From an uncultured Clostridia bacterium (lineage in GTDB: Bacteria; Bacillota; Clostridia; Oscillospirales; Oscillospiraceae): 64,000 nt of DNA. Positions 29,074-37,295 of the stretch are shown piece by piece. Numbering within the stretch: position 1 is the first letter of the stretch; the number at the start of each line of letters is the position of its first letter. The notes beneath the pieces are model-generated. The model made no database searches. It was not told the DNA's origin and saw only the letters and a list, made by a program, of their open reading frames with translations. Location: contig CAMBAJ010000002.1 in the NCBI GenBank assembly GCA_945864305.1, forward strand, positions 1,091 to 65,090, written 5' to 3'. Both the position numbers and the translations under genes were made by a program.

Positions 29074-30108
29074 TTAACCGACCGTCAGCACCTTGGACGC
29101 CTCGGTAAACAGCTTGGCAAAGCCAGAGATGGAGGTGATAGCCGCCCGCTCCAGCTGGCGGTCGATGAGCTTGTCGTACTCCACGGTGATCTCGCTGCCG
29201 CAGATCTGTTCCAGGGCATAGTTCTTGTCCAGGCCGATGAGAGTACCGGCGGGCATGGCGGAGGTTCGCAGCAGATTGGCGCCCAGAGGCGTGGTCAGGG
29301 TGCCGGTGCCCTGGAAGTTCAGACCGGTCAGAGGATTCTGGAACTCGGTCAGCTTCAGCATGGCCAGCATGACGTCGTTGCTCACCAGCATGGTGTTCAT
29401 GGTGTAGGGGTCAAACTGGCCCCAGAAGTCCAGCAGAGCGCCGTAGGACAGCGTCCCGGCGGTGCCGGAGATGGGAGAGGTGCCCACGGCAAAGCTCTCC
29501 GCGGCGTTGTCGTTGCCGTCGCCGTTGCGCAGAACCTCGATGGCATCCTGGAGATGCATCCGGCCGATGTAGGCGCCGATCTGGCGCAGGGTCACGGAGA
29601 ACAGGTCCAGTCTCTGGAAGCGGATGGCCTCGTAGGACGCCACCAGCATGCGGCCCCGCTTGTGCAGGCGCACCAGGTTCTCCTGGGTGCGAATGGAGGT
29701 CTGGGGAATCTCCGCGCCCTCCTCCACGCGCTTGAGTTCCTTCTGCTCCTCTGTGGGCACAGAGGCGATGGAGCGGTAGTCCATGCCGTCAAAGTTGGTC
29801 ACGGTCGCCACCACGGAAGAGAGGATGCTCTCCTCCTCCAGACCCTGGCGCACCACGCGGGACACGAACTCCGGGAACAGCACGGCGGAATCCGTGGTGT
29901 GGAAAAACTTCTCCACCATATCGCTGCCAGCGCCCTTCACCTTGATGTCGAAGCGCTTGAGCTGGCGCTGGAAAGCGTCCAGGCCCTCCAGAGGCGTGCC
30001 GCGGTAATGCTCGCTGGGGTCCAGTTCCTCCAGGGTCTGGGAAAAGCTGCGGCCACTGCGGCCGTACATGCCTTTTTCCAGCTTGATGTTTTCAAAATGA
30101 TAAGCCAT
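29074..30108 (-). CDS. major capsid protein (HK97-fold)
   Basis: LFPEFV, VEEGAEIP and LHKRGRMLVASYE motifs; position in the head module. Confidence 0.85.
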   Translation of the reverse strand: MAYHFENIKLEKGMYGRSGRSFSQTLEELDPSEHYRGTPLEGLDAFQRQLKRFDIKVKGAGSDMVEKFFHTTDSAVLFPEFVSRVVRQGLEEESILSSVVATVTNFDGMDYRSIASVPTEEQKELKRVEEGAEIPQTSIRTQENLVRLHKRGRMLVASYEAIRFQRLDLFSVTLRQIGAYIGRMHLQDAIEVLRNGDGNDNAAESFAVGTSPISGTAGTLSYGALLDFWGQFDPYTMNTMLVSNDVMLAMLKLTEFQNPLTGLNFQGTGTLTTPLGANLLRTSAMPAGTLIGLDKNYALEQICGSEITVEYDKLIDRQLERAAITSISGFAKLFTEASKVLTVG

Positions 30109-30122
30109 TCGATCTCTCCTCC

Positions 30123-30470
30123 TTAAAGTGCAAAGGTCACGGTCTTGCCGCTGGTGTCCACATCCACCACCAGATAGCTCCGGCCGGCAGAGGACGCCTT
30201 CACGCCGCCGCTGCCGTCGGCGGCAAGGCCGCTCCAGCCCACGGCGGGTGCGGAACTGCCGCTGTAACCGGCGGTCACCATGCCGCCCAGGGCCACCGCG
30301 CAGGCGCTGCCGTCCCTGCCCACGGACAGCACCTGTCCGCAGAAGCTGTCGCCGTCGGAGCAGGCGCTGACCTCACCGCTGGCGCTGACCTTGACCATCT
30401 CGCCCTCGGACACCTGGCCGCAGGCGAAGGTGGCGGCCCACTGGCCGATCCCCTCATAAGAAACCTTCAT
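30123..30470 (-). CDS. capsid decoration/cement-like protein
   Basis: 115 aa Gly/Ser/Ala-rich beta protein between protease and capsid genes. Confidence 0.55.
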   Translation of the reverse strand: MKVSYEGIGQWAATFACGQVSEGEMVKVSASGEVSACSDGDSFCGQVLSVGRDGSACAVALGGMVTAGYSGSSAPAVGWSGLAADGSGGVKASSAGRSYLVVDVDTSGKTVTFAL

Positions 30471-30506
30471 TGTGATCCTCCTTATTTTTCATTCGTCTTT
30501 GGTGCC

Positions 30507-30535
30507 GCGTATCAGACACACTGTGTCTGATACGC
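30507..30535. repeat. perfect 14-bp inverted repeat
   Basis: GCGTATCAGACACA-C-TGTGTCTGATACGC. Confidence 0.9.
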
Positions 30536-30539
30536 CCCC

Positions 30540-31385
30540 TCAGACGAGGAATACAGTTTCATCGCCGCGCTGCTCCGCGGCTCTGGCGCGCAGCTGCGGC
30601 GCCGCCGGGAAGCGCTTGGCCACCCGGTTCTCATAGGTCCGTTTCAGCTCCAGCAGCTCCGGCTCCTCCATCCGCTCCGCGGCCCCGGCGAACACACGTC
30701 CATCCAGATCGTCGTCCGCCAGCATCGCCAGGCGGACAACCTCCTGCCGCAGGCCCTTCAGATACTTGGCGCCCAGTTCCGCCTGTCTGCGCAGGCGCAT
30801 CTCCTCGCCGTCATCCTGCCCGAACCGCTTTTTCAGGACCCCGGCGTTCCGCTGGGCGGGCACCGCCACGAAGGACCACTCATAGGCGTCCAGCGGCTCC
30901 TGCAGCTCGATGAAGCACAGCCGGTCGCCGTACATCTGCCCCTTCACATGCTGGCAGCCCCCCTCTTCCGCGCCGCAGATGGAGCAGACGTTCTTCCCCA
31001 TGCTGCATCCGACGCTGACTTCTTTTTTAATGCCGCCCTCGATCTCCGCGATCAGGTCGGCGTTCTTCTCCGTCCGCAGCAGATAGGCCCAGCCCTTCAG
31101 CCAGCAGTATTCGTCGCCCGCCGCAGTGATCCTGGCGGGCTCCCGCACCACCTCGGTCCGGTAGATGCGGGCGGTCTGCCTCTCGGCGGACCACTGGTGG
31201 TCAAAAATGCCGCTCTTTCCCAAAAACAGCTCGCCCAGCCGCTCCAATGCGGCACCGTCGAACCGCTCGAAATCCCGGTCCACCTCATTGTCACAGAGGC
31301 GGACGCTGAATGTGTACACCTGTTCCTCTGTCAGGTCCGTCTTGGCAAATTGATTGATGAGCGCTAGTTCCTCCTGCATGTCCAT
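30540..31385 (-). CDS. prohead protease with Zn-ribbon insert and scaffold-like tail
   Basis: DNEVDRD, DH, EVSVG, CSICG...CQH and EWSFVAVPAQ motifs. Confidence 0.75.
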   Translation of the reverse strand: MDMQEELALINQFAKTDLTEEQVYTFSVRLCDNEVDRDFERFDGAALERLGELFLGKSGIFDHQWSAERQTARIYRTEVVREPARITAAGDEYCWLKGWAYLLRTEKNADLIAEIEGGIKKEVSVGCSMGKNVCSICGAEEGGCQHVKGQMYGDRLCFIELQEPLDAYEWSFVAVPAQRNAGVLKKRFGQDDGEEMRLRRQAELGAKYLKGLRQEVVRLAMLADDDLDGRVFAGAAERMEEPELLELKRTYENRVAKRFPAAPQLRARAAEQRGDETVFLV

Positions 31386-31405
31386 GCGTCAATCCCTCCC
31401 GTTTT

Positions 31406-32563
31406 TCAAATGGCGGATGTCTCCGCCGCGTCGTTTTCCAGTCTCTGCTTCCGCGCCTGCTCCCGGTACAGTTCGGCCTTGGACTCCTCCACCTCATCCT
31501 GCAGATTGATGTCGTCCCAGATCACCTCAAATCCGCAGGTGTAGCCGTGCATCCGCAGCCACAGTCTGCAAACGCGCTCCACCACGGGCGTCAACGTCCG
31601 GCGGATGGCGGTGATCTCCGTGGTCAGCATATCAGCCTGCTGGGAGCTCATCCGCTCCGTGGAGTTCCAGTTCAGTCCCAGCATAAAGGGAGGGACTCCC
31701 ATCTTCGCCACGATCTGTTCCAAAATCTGGCGCACCGGCACCTCGCTGTCCAGGATGGGCGCGTCGGCGCCGATGACGTGAATGCCCACGTCGCCCACGG
31801 CCACGAAGTCCCGGACGCTGCCGTTTCTGGTGTCCTGCATGGCCCGGGACCACTCCTCGGCCAGCTGCCGGCTGCGCTCCGCCGCGGTGACTCCCTCGCC
31901 GCTCTGGCAGGTCACGGCGAAGCGCACGTTGCCGCACCGCTCCCAGTTGACCCCGATGGTGTGATAAATTTTCATCAGGATATCCGCCAAAAAGGGCAGG
32001 GACCGCAGCAGGGACACGCCGTAGGGATTGTCCGCCTCCGGATTCAGCGGTGTGAACAGCAGCAGGTCCTGATAGGGCAGCGGCCCCATGGTCCCATGCT
32101 CATCCACGCCGCAGATGACAAATTTCAGCGGATGCTCCCCCTCCTGGATCTCGATATCCTCCACGCGGCCGCACAGCAGCGCGGCGATGTCCCGTCCGCC
32201 GAAGGTGGGAACGATCTCTCCCACGGCCCGCCCGCAGGTCAGGAGGGAGTCCAGGTAGCAGTCCAGAAACGCGTTGATGCCGAACTGCCCCCGGCCCGCC
32301 GGCACGGTTTTCAAAAAGTCCTTCAGTTCCCTCTCCGCCGCCTTATCGCCGCACGCCGCCGTCACGCCTCCGCTGAGGCGGATCAGCTTGTAGATCGCCG
32401 CGTCCACCAGAGGCACCGCCTCCCGTACCTCCCGATACAGCTGAAACTCTCCCGTGCGCATCGGCACATAGTCCCGCAGCATCCCAAAGGGGTGCCGGGT
32501 GCTGTTCCGCAGCTGCACAGCCGCCGGTGCGGCTGTCTCCCGCTGCCTTTTGAACCATCTCAC
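31406..32563 (-). CDS. portal protein
   Basis: NPYGVSLL and GVPPFMLG motifs; follows TerL; GTG start. Confidence 0.82.
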   Translation of the reverse strand: MRWFKRQRETAAPAAVQLRNSTRHPFGMLRDYVPMRTGEFQLYREVREAVPLVDAAIYKLIRLSGGVTAACGDKAAERELKDFLKTVPAGRGQFGINAFLDCYLDSLLTCGRAVGEIVPTFGGRDIAALLCGRVEDIEIQEGEHPLKFVICGVDEHGTMGPLPYQDLLLFTPLNPEADNPYGVSLLRSLPFLADILMKIYHTIGVNWERCGNVRFAVTCQSGEGVTAAERSRQLAEEWSRAMQDTRNGSVRDFVAVGDVGIHVIGADAPILDSEVPVRQILEQIVAKMGVPPFMLGLNWNSTERMSSQQADMLTTEITAIRRTLTPVVERVCRLWLRMHGYTCGFEVIWDDINLQDEVEESKAELYREQARKQRLENDAAETSAI

Positions 32564-32597
32564 AGTCCCAATTCCTCCCATTCTCCATCTCATCCGC

Positions 32598-33842
32598 TCA
32601 TGAACGCCGCTCAACCGTCACCGCCGCGAATCCGCTCTGTTCTCCCTTCACCGCGTCCATGGCGAAGTACCGCAGATCATCCATAGCGTGGTCGTTCTCC
32701 TTTCGGGGCGCGTCTCTGCCGCCCCGCTCGTCCCAGCAGTAGAGTTCCATCTCCCGCAGGCAATCCCCGCAGGTCCGGCAGATCACGATCCGCCGCTTTT
32801 TCAAAAGGTCCGATGTCACCCGGATGCCATCGGCCACATCGTTGTTCGCCCGGACGACCTGAAAGCCCCGCCGCCGCAGCACCTCGATAAAGCTGGCCGC
32901 CGAGGGGTCCACGATGACCCGCCGGATTGTCCGCTCCCCGGCCAGCCGCTCCAGCGCTTCGGCGTATTCCTCGTCGGTCCGTTGGCGTCCGGCCTTGCGG
33001 GAGTCGTAGTAGTACTCCGCCACCCGGTACCACACGGCGTTCTTTTTGCCCCAGAGTCCGAAGGACGCCGGGTTTGCCGTCCCGTAGTCCACGGAGATAC
33101 GCCATTCCTCAAAGGGCCCCTCCGGCACGTCCGCCGCATCCCGCTCCCGGTCGAAAAAGTCGTAGACCAGTCCCTGGGCGGCCGTCCACTCTCCCAGGAC
33201 GAACCGCCGGTAGAACACGCCGGAATACGCGTTGCGGTATCGCGCCCGGATGCGGGGCGACAGGGCTGGATTGTCCTCCATGGTAAAGTGCAGGTACAGC
33301 GCCCTCCTGGCCTTCGCCTTCAAAATCCACTCCCGGTAGAACCAGTGGCCGGGGTTCTCCGGGTTGCAGTTGAACCAGAGGCGGCTCCCCGGCACGCTGC
33401 ACCGCGCGATGGCCTGTTCCACAAAGCTCCTGGGCATCAGCACCGTCTCATCCAGCAGTACGCCCGCCAGGGTGCTGCCCTGGATCAGCGCCGCGCTGGA
33501 CTCGTCCCGGCCGCCGAAGAGCAAAAACCGGTTCTCATGCCCCGCGAACCGCACGATCAGCAGGTTCTCGGAGCGCTTCTCCCGAATGGACATCCCGATC
33601 CGCCGCAGGTACGGCACCAGCTCCGTCAGCAGGTTCCGCCGCAGGGAGACGATGGTCTTGCCGCACAGGCCGAACTGCTTTCCATCGAACCGCGCCTGGG
33701 CCCACAGGAAGAAGGACACGCCCATGGAAAAGGTCTTTCCGCTCCGGACGGCGCCATCGCAGATGATGGCCTCCCAGTCCTCTCTCTGCCACCAGGAGAG
33801 CACCCGCAGCTGTTTGGGAGAAAACCGTACGATCTCAGCCGT
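32598..33842 (-). CDS. terminase large subunit (PBSX/XtmB-like); probable ACG start
   Basis: DGAVRSGKT Walker A, LLDE Walker B, NCNP, VDYG and NDHAMDDLRY nuclease motifs; FSPKQ segment lies upstream of the first GTG (33803). Confidence 0.92.
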   Translation of the reverse strand, partial: TAEIVRFSPKQLRVLSWWQREDWEAIICDGAVRSGKTFSMGVSFFLWAQARFDGKQFGLCGKTIVSLRRNLLTELVPYLRRIGMSIREKRSENLLIVRFAGHENRFLLFGGRDESSAALIQGSTLAGVLLDETVLMPRSFVEQAIARCSVPGSRLWFNCNPENPGHWFYREWILKAKARRALYLHFTMEDNPALSPRIRARYRNAYSGVFYRRFVLGEWTAAQGLVYDFFDRERDAADVPEGPFEEWRISVDYGTANPASFGLWGKKNAVWYRVAEYYYDSRKAGRQRTDEEYAEALERLAGERTIRRVIVDPSAASFIEVLRRRGFQVVRANNDVADGIRVTSDLLKKRRIVICRTCGDCLREMELYCWDERGGRDAPRKENDHAMDDLRYFAMDAVKGEQSGFAAVTVERRS

Positions 33843-34302
33843 TCTCCCATCCCCCTTCCGCTTCCTCTGCGGCCTCCGCCAGCGCCCGGTACAGTTCCTC
33901 GGCGCCGTGCCCCTCTCCGCTCTCCAGCAGAGAGCACAGCGTCTCCAGTGCCCGCACCCGGTCCACCAGCTTCACCTCCACGCCCTTGTCCGTCACCTTG
34001 AACTCCGCCACCGCGGACAGGTCCAGTTGATCCGGGTCGGTCCCTCCGGCGTGGAGTGCCAGCTTCACCGCGTCATTGGCCCGTCCAAAGGCCAGCTGCG
34101 CCAGGCGCCGGACCGCGTCGTCCCGCCGCAGCTGCCCCGCCGCGTCGGACCGCATCTTCTCCAATCTCTCTTGGATTCTCTTTCGCCCCAACAGGGCGAA
34201 GCCGTCCCGGTGGCCGCTCTCAGCGGCGGCCCGTTCCGGGTCCATGGTCCGCAGGTACGCCCGGCAAAATGCCTCGTCGTCCCTCTTGGTTTCCACGGTC
34301 AT
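33835..34302 (-). CDS. terminase small subunit-like protein
   Basis: FCRAYL...AA HTH-like start, KLVDRVRALE C-terminal motif; overlaps TerL. Confidence 0.7.
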   Translation of the reverse strand: MTVETKRDDEAFCRAYLRTMDPERAAAESGHRDGFALLGRKRIQERLEKMRSDAAGQLRRDDAVRRLAQLAFGRANDAVKLALHAGGTDPDQLDLSAVAEFKVTDKGVEVKLVDRVRALETLCSLLESGEGHGAEELYRALAEAAEEAEGGWENG

Positions 34303-34374
34303 CTCTCCCTCCCATCATCAGCTCACACCTATGTCCGCTTTTGGCCCAAAGTTGCACGCATCCGTGCCTCCCTC

Positions 34375-34413
34375 AAAATTTTTTTGATAAAATTTTTTTG
34401 ATAAAATTTTTTG
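34375..34413. repeat. three tandem copies of a 14-bp A/T-tract unit
   Basis: AAAATTTTTTTGAT x2 followed by AAAATTTTTTG. Confidence 0.9.
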
Positions 34414-34419
34414 CGGTGC

Positions 34420-34453
34420 AAAAAATCACCGCGGCCACTGAGGCCGCGGTGAT
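34420..34453 (-). terminator. terminator insulating the phage-like cluster from upstream transcription
   Basis: ATCACCGCGGCC-actga-GGCCGCGGTGAT followed by a T-tract on the minus strand. Confidence 0.8.
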
Positions 34454-34509
34454 CAGAACTCTCAACCAATTTTATCAAACCATCAATTTTGCATTTTACG
34501 AGCTCCCGC

Positions 34510-35100
34510 TCAGGCCGCTTCGGCCTTACAGCGGCGCAGCAACGCTGCCGCGCTCTCTCCGTTACTCACGCCGAAGAACACCAGTCCCTGGGCCTCGTCC
34601 GCCTTTCCGTTGCCCTGCATATCCGCCTTGGGATGGCAGGAGCGCCAGCGGAGCTGACGGTTCACATCCTCAAAAATACAGCTGCCCAGCACCAGGCAGT
34701 CCCGGGAGCCCTTTCCTTTGACAAGCCGAAAGTCATCAATTTGGGACAGCTCCATAGAATAGAAGGACCGGTCCCGTGTCATCAAAATCGCTCTCTGGTC
34801 CGTAATCCAGTAGCTCTGACGCAACACATTATAGCGCTCCATGATGGGCGACACCACCAACAGCGCCGCGATCAGGACGATCACCCCGGCGGCCTTGACG
34901 CTCCAATTCTCATTGCCTCCAATGTACAGCATCAAAATCGCGCAGGCCGCTACCACCGTGCCGATCCACTTCCCCAGGATCTGCCATTTGGCATCGTTGT
35001 CCAGCAGTGGAAAATTCTCCGTTTTTCCCTGCCAGCGCACCTGTTCACCATCCCGCAGATAAGATTGCAGCACCTGTTCCGCAGACTGCTTTTTCTCCAT
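34510..35100 (-). CDS. membrane protein with a possible bPH-like soluble domain
   Basis: GEQVRWQGK, two TM helices, YWITDQRAI motif; AAGGAG RBS. Confidence 0.6.
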   Translation of the reverse strand: MEKKQSAEQVLQSYLRDGEQVRWQGKTENFPLLDNDAKWQILGKWIGTVVAACAILMLYIGGNENWSVKAAGVIVLIAALLVVSPIMERYNVLRQSYWITDQRAILMTRDRSFYSMELSQIDDFRLVKGKGSRDCLVLGSCIFEDVNRQLRWRSCHPKADMQGNGKADEAQGLVFFGVSNGESAAALLRRCKAEAA

Positions 35101-35287
35101 TTATATCAACTCCTTTACAAAGTTCCGGCACTTCTTCGCCTGTTCTTTATCATAGCAGGAAAGGTTGTTCAGCTGCTGACAAGTCCCTTTCGCCTCTCGT
35201 TAAGTCTTTGTCAAGTTTTTAGCGGCAATTTAACACATCATCTGATATAATGTAACCAACGCCTGAAGTCGGAAAGGAGTTTCTGCT

Positions 35288-36352
35288 TTGCCTGTTAAAA
35301 AAAGTCTCATTTCCCGATTGTTCCCCTTTTGCTGGCGGGATTTCCTGGTCACGATGGGCATCCTGCTCTGTGCCGTGGAGGTGTGCATCCTCCTGCGCAT
35401 GGCAGACAGCAGTGATGGTTTCGCCTCCCCCGTTTTCGTGCTGGCTGTGCTGATGATCTCCCGCCTCACCACGGGCTATCTCTTCGGTCTGATTGCCTCC
35501 TTGCTGGGTGTGATCTGTGTCAATTTCATCTTTACATATCCCTATTGGGTGGTAAACTTTACCATATCCGGCTATCCGCTGACGTTCCTGACGTTTTTGA
35601 TGGTCTCCATCATAACCTGCACGCTGACCACACAGGCCAAGCAACAGGAGCGTCTGCGGGCGGAGAACGAAAAGGAGAAGATGCGGGCGAATCTCCTCCG
35701 CTCCGTCTCCCATGACATCCGCACGCCGCTGACCTCCATCATCGGCTCTACCTCGGCGGTTCTGGAAAACCCTATGCTCTCCGAAGCGGAACAGCGGGAG
35801 TTGTTGGAGGATACCCGCAGCGAAGCCCAATGGCTGATCCGCGTGGTGGAAAACCTGCTGTCCATCACCCGGATTAGTGAAGACCAGGCCCATATCACCA
35901 AGCAGCCCGAGGCCGCGGAGGAAGTGCTGGGCGGAGCCGTCCAGAAATTCCGGAAGCGCTTCCCTCAGATCACGGTCTCGGTGTCTGCGCCGGACGAACT
36001 CCTTTTCGTACCCATGGACCCCATTCTGATTGAGCAGGTTCTGTCCAACCTGCTGGAAAACGCGGCTATCCACGGCAAGACCACCACCGCAATCCACCTC
36101 TCCGTCCGCGAGGAAAACGGCCTAGCCCTCTTTTCCGTGCGGGATGACGGGCGGGGCATTCCCGAAAAGGACCTGCCCACCCTGTTCGACGGCACGGTCA
36201 AGCACACAAACGAGAACGGCGGCGACGGCAAGCGCAACATGGGGCTCGGCCTCTCCGTGTGTCTCGCCATTGTCCGGGCCCACAACGGCACCATGAGCGC
36301 CAAAAATCTGGAGCACGGCGCGGAGTTCTCTTTCTCCCTGCCGCTTTCTTAG
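35288..36352 (+). CDS. short KdpD-like sensor kinase (DUF4118 TM domain plus HisKA/HATPase)
   Basis: Four TM helices, RANLLRSVSHDIRTPLT, DDGRGIP and GLGLSVC. Confidence 0.88.
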   Translation: MPVKKSLISRLFPFCWRDFLVTMGILLCAVEVCILLRMADSSDGFASPVFVLAVLMISRLTTGYLFGLIASLLGVICVNFIFTYPYWVVNFTISGYPLTFLTFLMVSIITCTLTTQAKQQERLRAENEKEKMRANLLRSVSHDIRTPLTSIIGSTSAVLENPMLSEAEQRELLEDTRSEAQWLIRVVENLLSITRISEDQAHITKQPEAAEEVLGGAVQKFRKRFPQITVSVSAPDELLFVPMDPILIEQVLSNLLENAAIHGKTTTAIHLSVREENGLALFSVRDDGRGIPEKDLPTLFDGTVKHTNENGGDGKRNMGLGLSVCLAIVRAHNGTMSAKNLEHGAEFSFSLPLS

Positions 36353-36363
36353 GAGGATTTCTG

Positions 36364-37071
36364 ATGAATATTCGTGAAAAAATTCTGGTCATCGAAGACG
36401 AAAAGAGCATCTCCCACTTCATTTCCACGGTGCTGAACAACAACGGCTACGAGGCGATGCAGGCCCGTTCCGGCAGTGAGGCCCTGTCCATGATTTCCTC
36501 CCACTGTCCCGACCTGGTGATCCTGGACCTCGGTCTCCCAGACATGGACGGTCTGGATATCCTGCGCCAGATTCGCAGCTGGTCCAGCCTGCCCGTAGTG
36601 GTGGTCTCCGCCCGGTCCCATGAAAAGGACAAAGTCACTGCCCTGGACCTGGGGGCGGACGACTATCTGACAAAGCCCTTCGGCACCGATGAGCTGTTGG
36701 CCCGGGTCCGCACGGCCATCCGTCATACCCGCACCGCCAGCGGTAACGATGAGATCGCCCAGAAGGGCACCTACACGGTAGGAGACCTGGTCATTGACTA
36801 TAACAAGCACCAGGCTCTGGTCCGGGGTGAGAACGTCAAGCTGACTCTCAGCGAGTTCCGCATCGTGGCGCTTCTTGGCAAATACGCCGGCAAAGTCCTG
36901 ACGTATGATTTCATTATCAAGGAGCTCTGGGGTCCCCGGGCCGGCGGAGACAACCAGATTCTCCGGGTGAACATGGCCAATATCCGCCGCAAAATTGAAA
37001 AAAATCCCGCGGAGCCGGAGTATCTGTTTACAGAGGTAGGTGTTGGCTACCGGCTTGCGGAAGGTGAATAA
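36364..37071 (+). CDS. KdpE-like response regulator
   Basis: LDLGLPDMDG, LRVNMANIRRKIE and TEVGVGYR. Confidence 0.92.
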   Translation: MNIREKILVIEDEKSISHFISTVLNNNGYEAMQARSGSEALSMISSHCPDLVILDLGLPDMDGLDILRQIRSWSSLPVVVVSARSHEKDKVTALDLGADDYLTKPFGTDELLARVRTAIRHTRTASGNDEIAQKGTYTVGDLVIDYNKHQALVRGENVKLTLSEFRIVALLGKYAGKVLTYDFIIKELWGPRAGGDNQILRVNMANIRRKIEKNPAEPEYLFTEVGVGYRLAEGE

Positions 37072-37295
37072 CAGCAGCCCGGACTTGCCACAGGCAGGTT
37101 CGGGCTGCTTCTTTCTTTTTTATTTAACAGTTCCTTTGCGGCATTGCCATCATCTCTCGCAAAGCTTAATTCCATTCCGCCCTTCCTTAACGGTTCAGTC
37201 ATGAAAAATCTGGTATGGTAATACTGTAATCTGTGGTCTCAGGAGCGACTGCCCCTGAATTCTCTCCGGCCACAAAGGAAAAGGAGTGTGTGTGA

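Larger units (their letters stand above)
19119..34302 (-). mobile_element. phage-derived morphogenesis and lysis cluster (GTA-like or domesticated prophage remnant)
   Basis: About 24 co-oriented, tightly packed ORFs from TerS to endolysin; no integrase, repressor or replication gene seen in or beside it. Confidence 0.85.

Noticed and set aside
17877-34500. tRNA-Leu as the attachment site of the phage-like cluster
   Set aside because: A host TrmH gene lies between them, no duplicate of the tRNA 3' end was seen at the far boundary, and no integrase is present.
37230-37290. Riboswitch in the cstA leader
   Set aside because: A hairpin is possible, but no recognisable aptamer consensus or expression platform was found.
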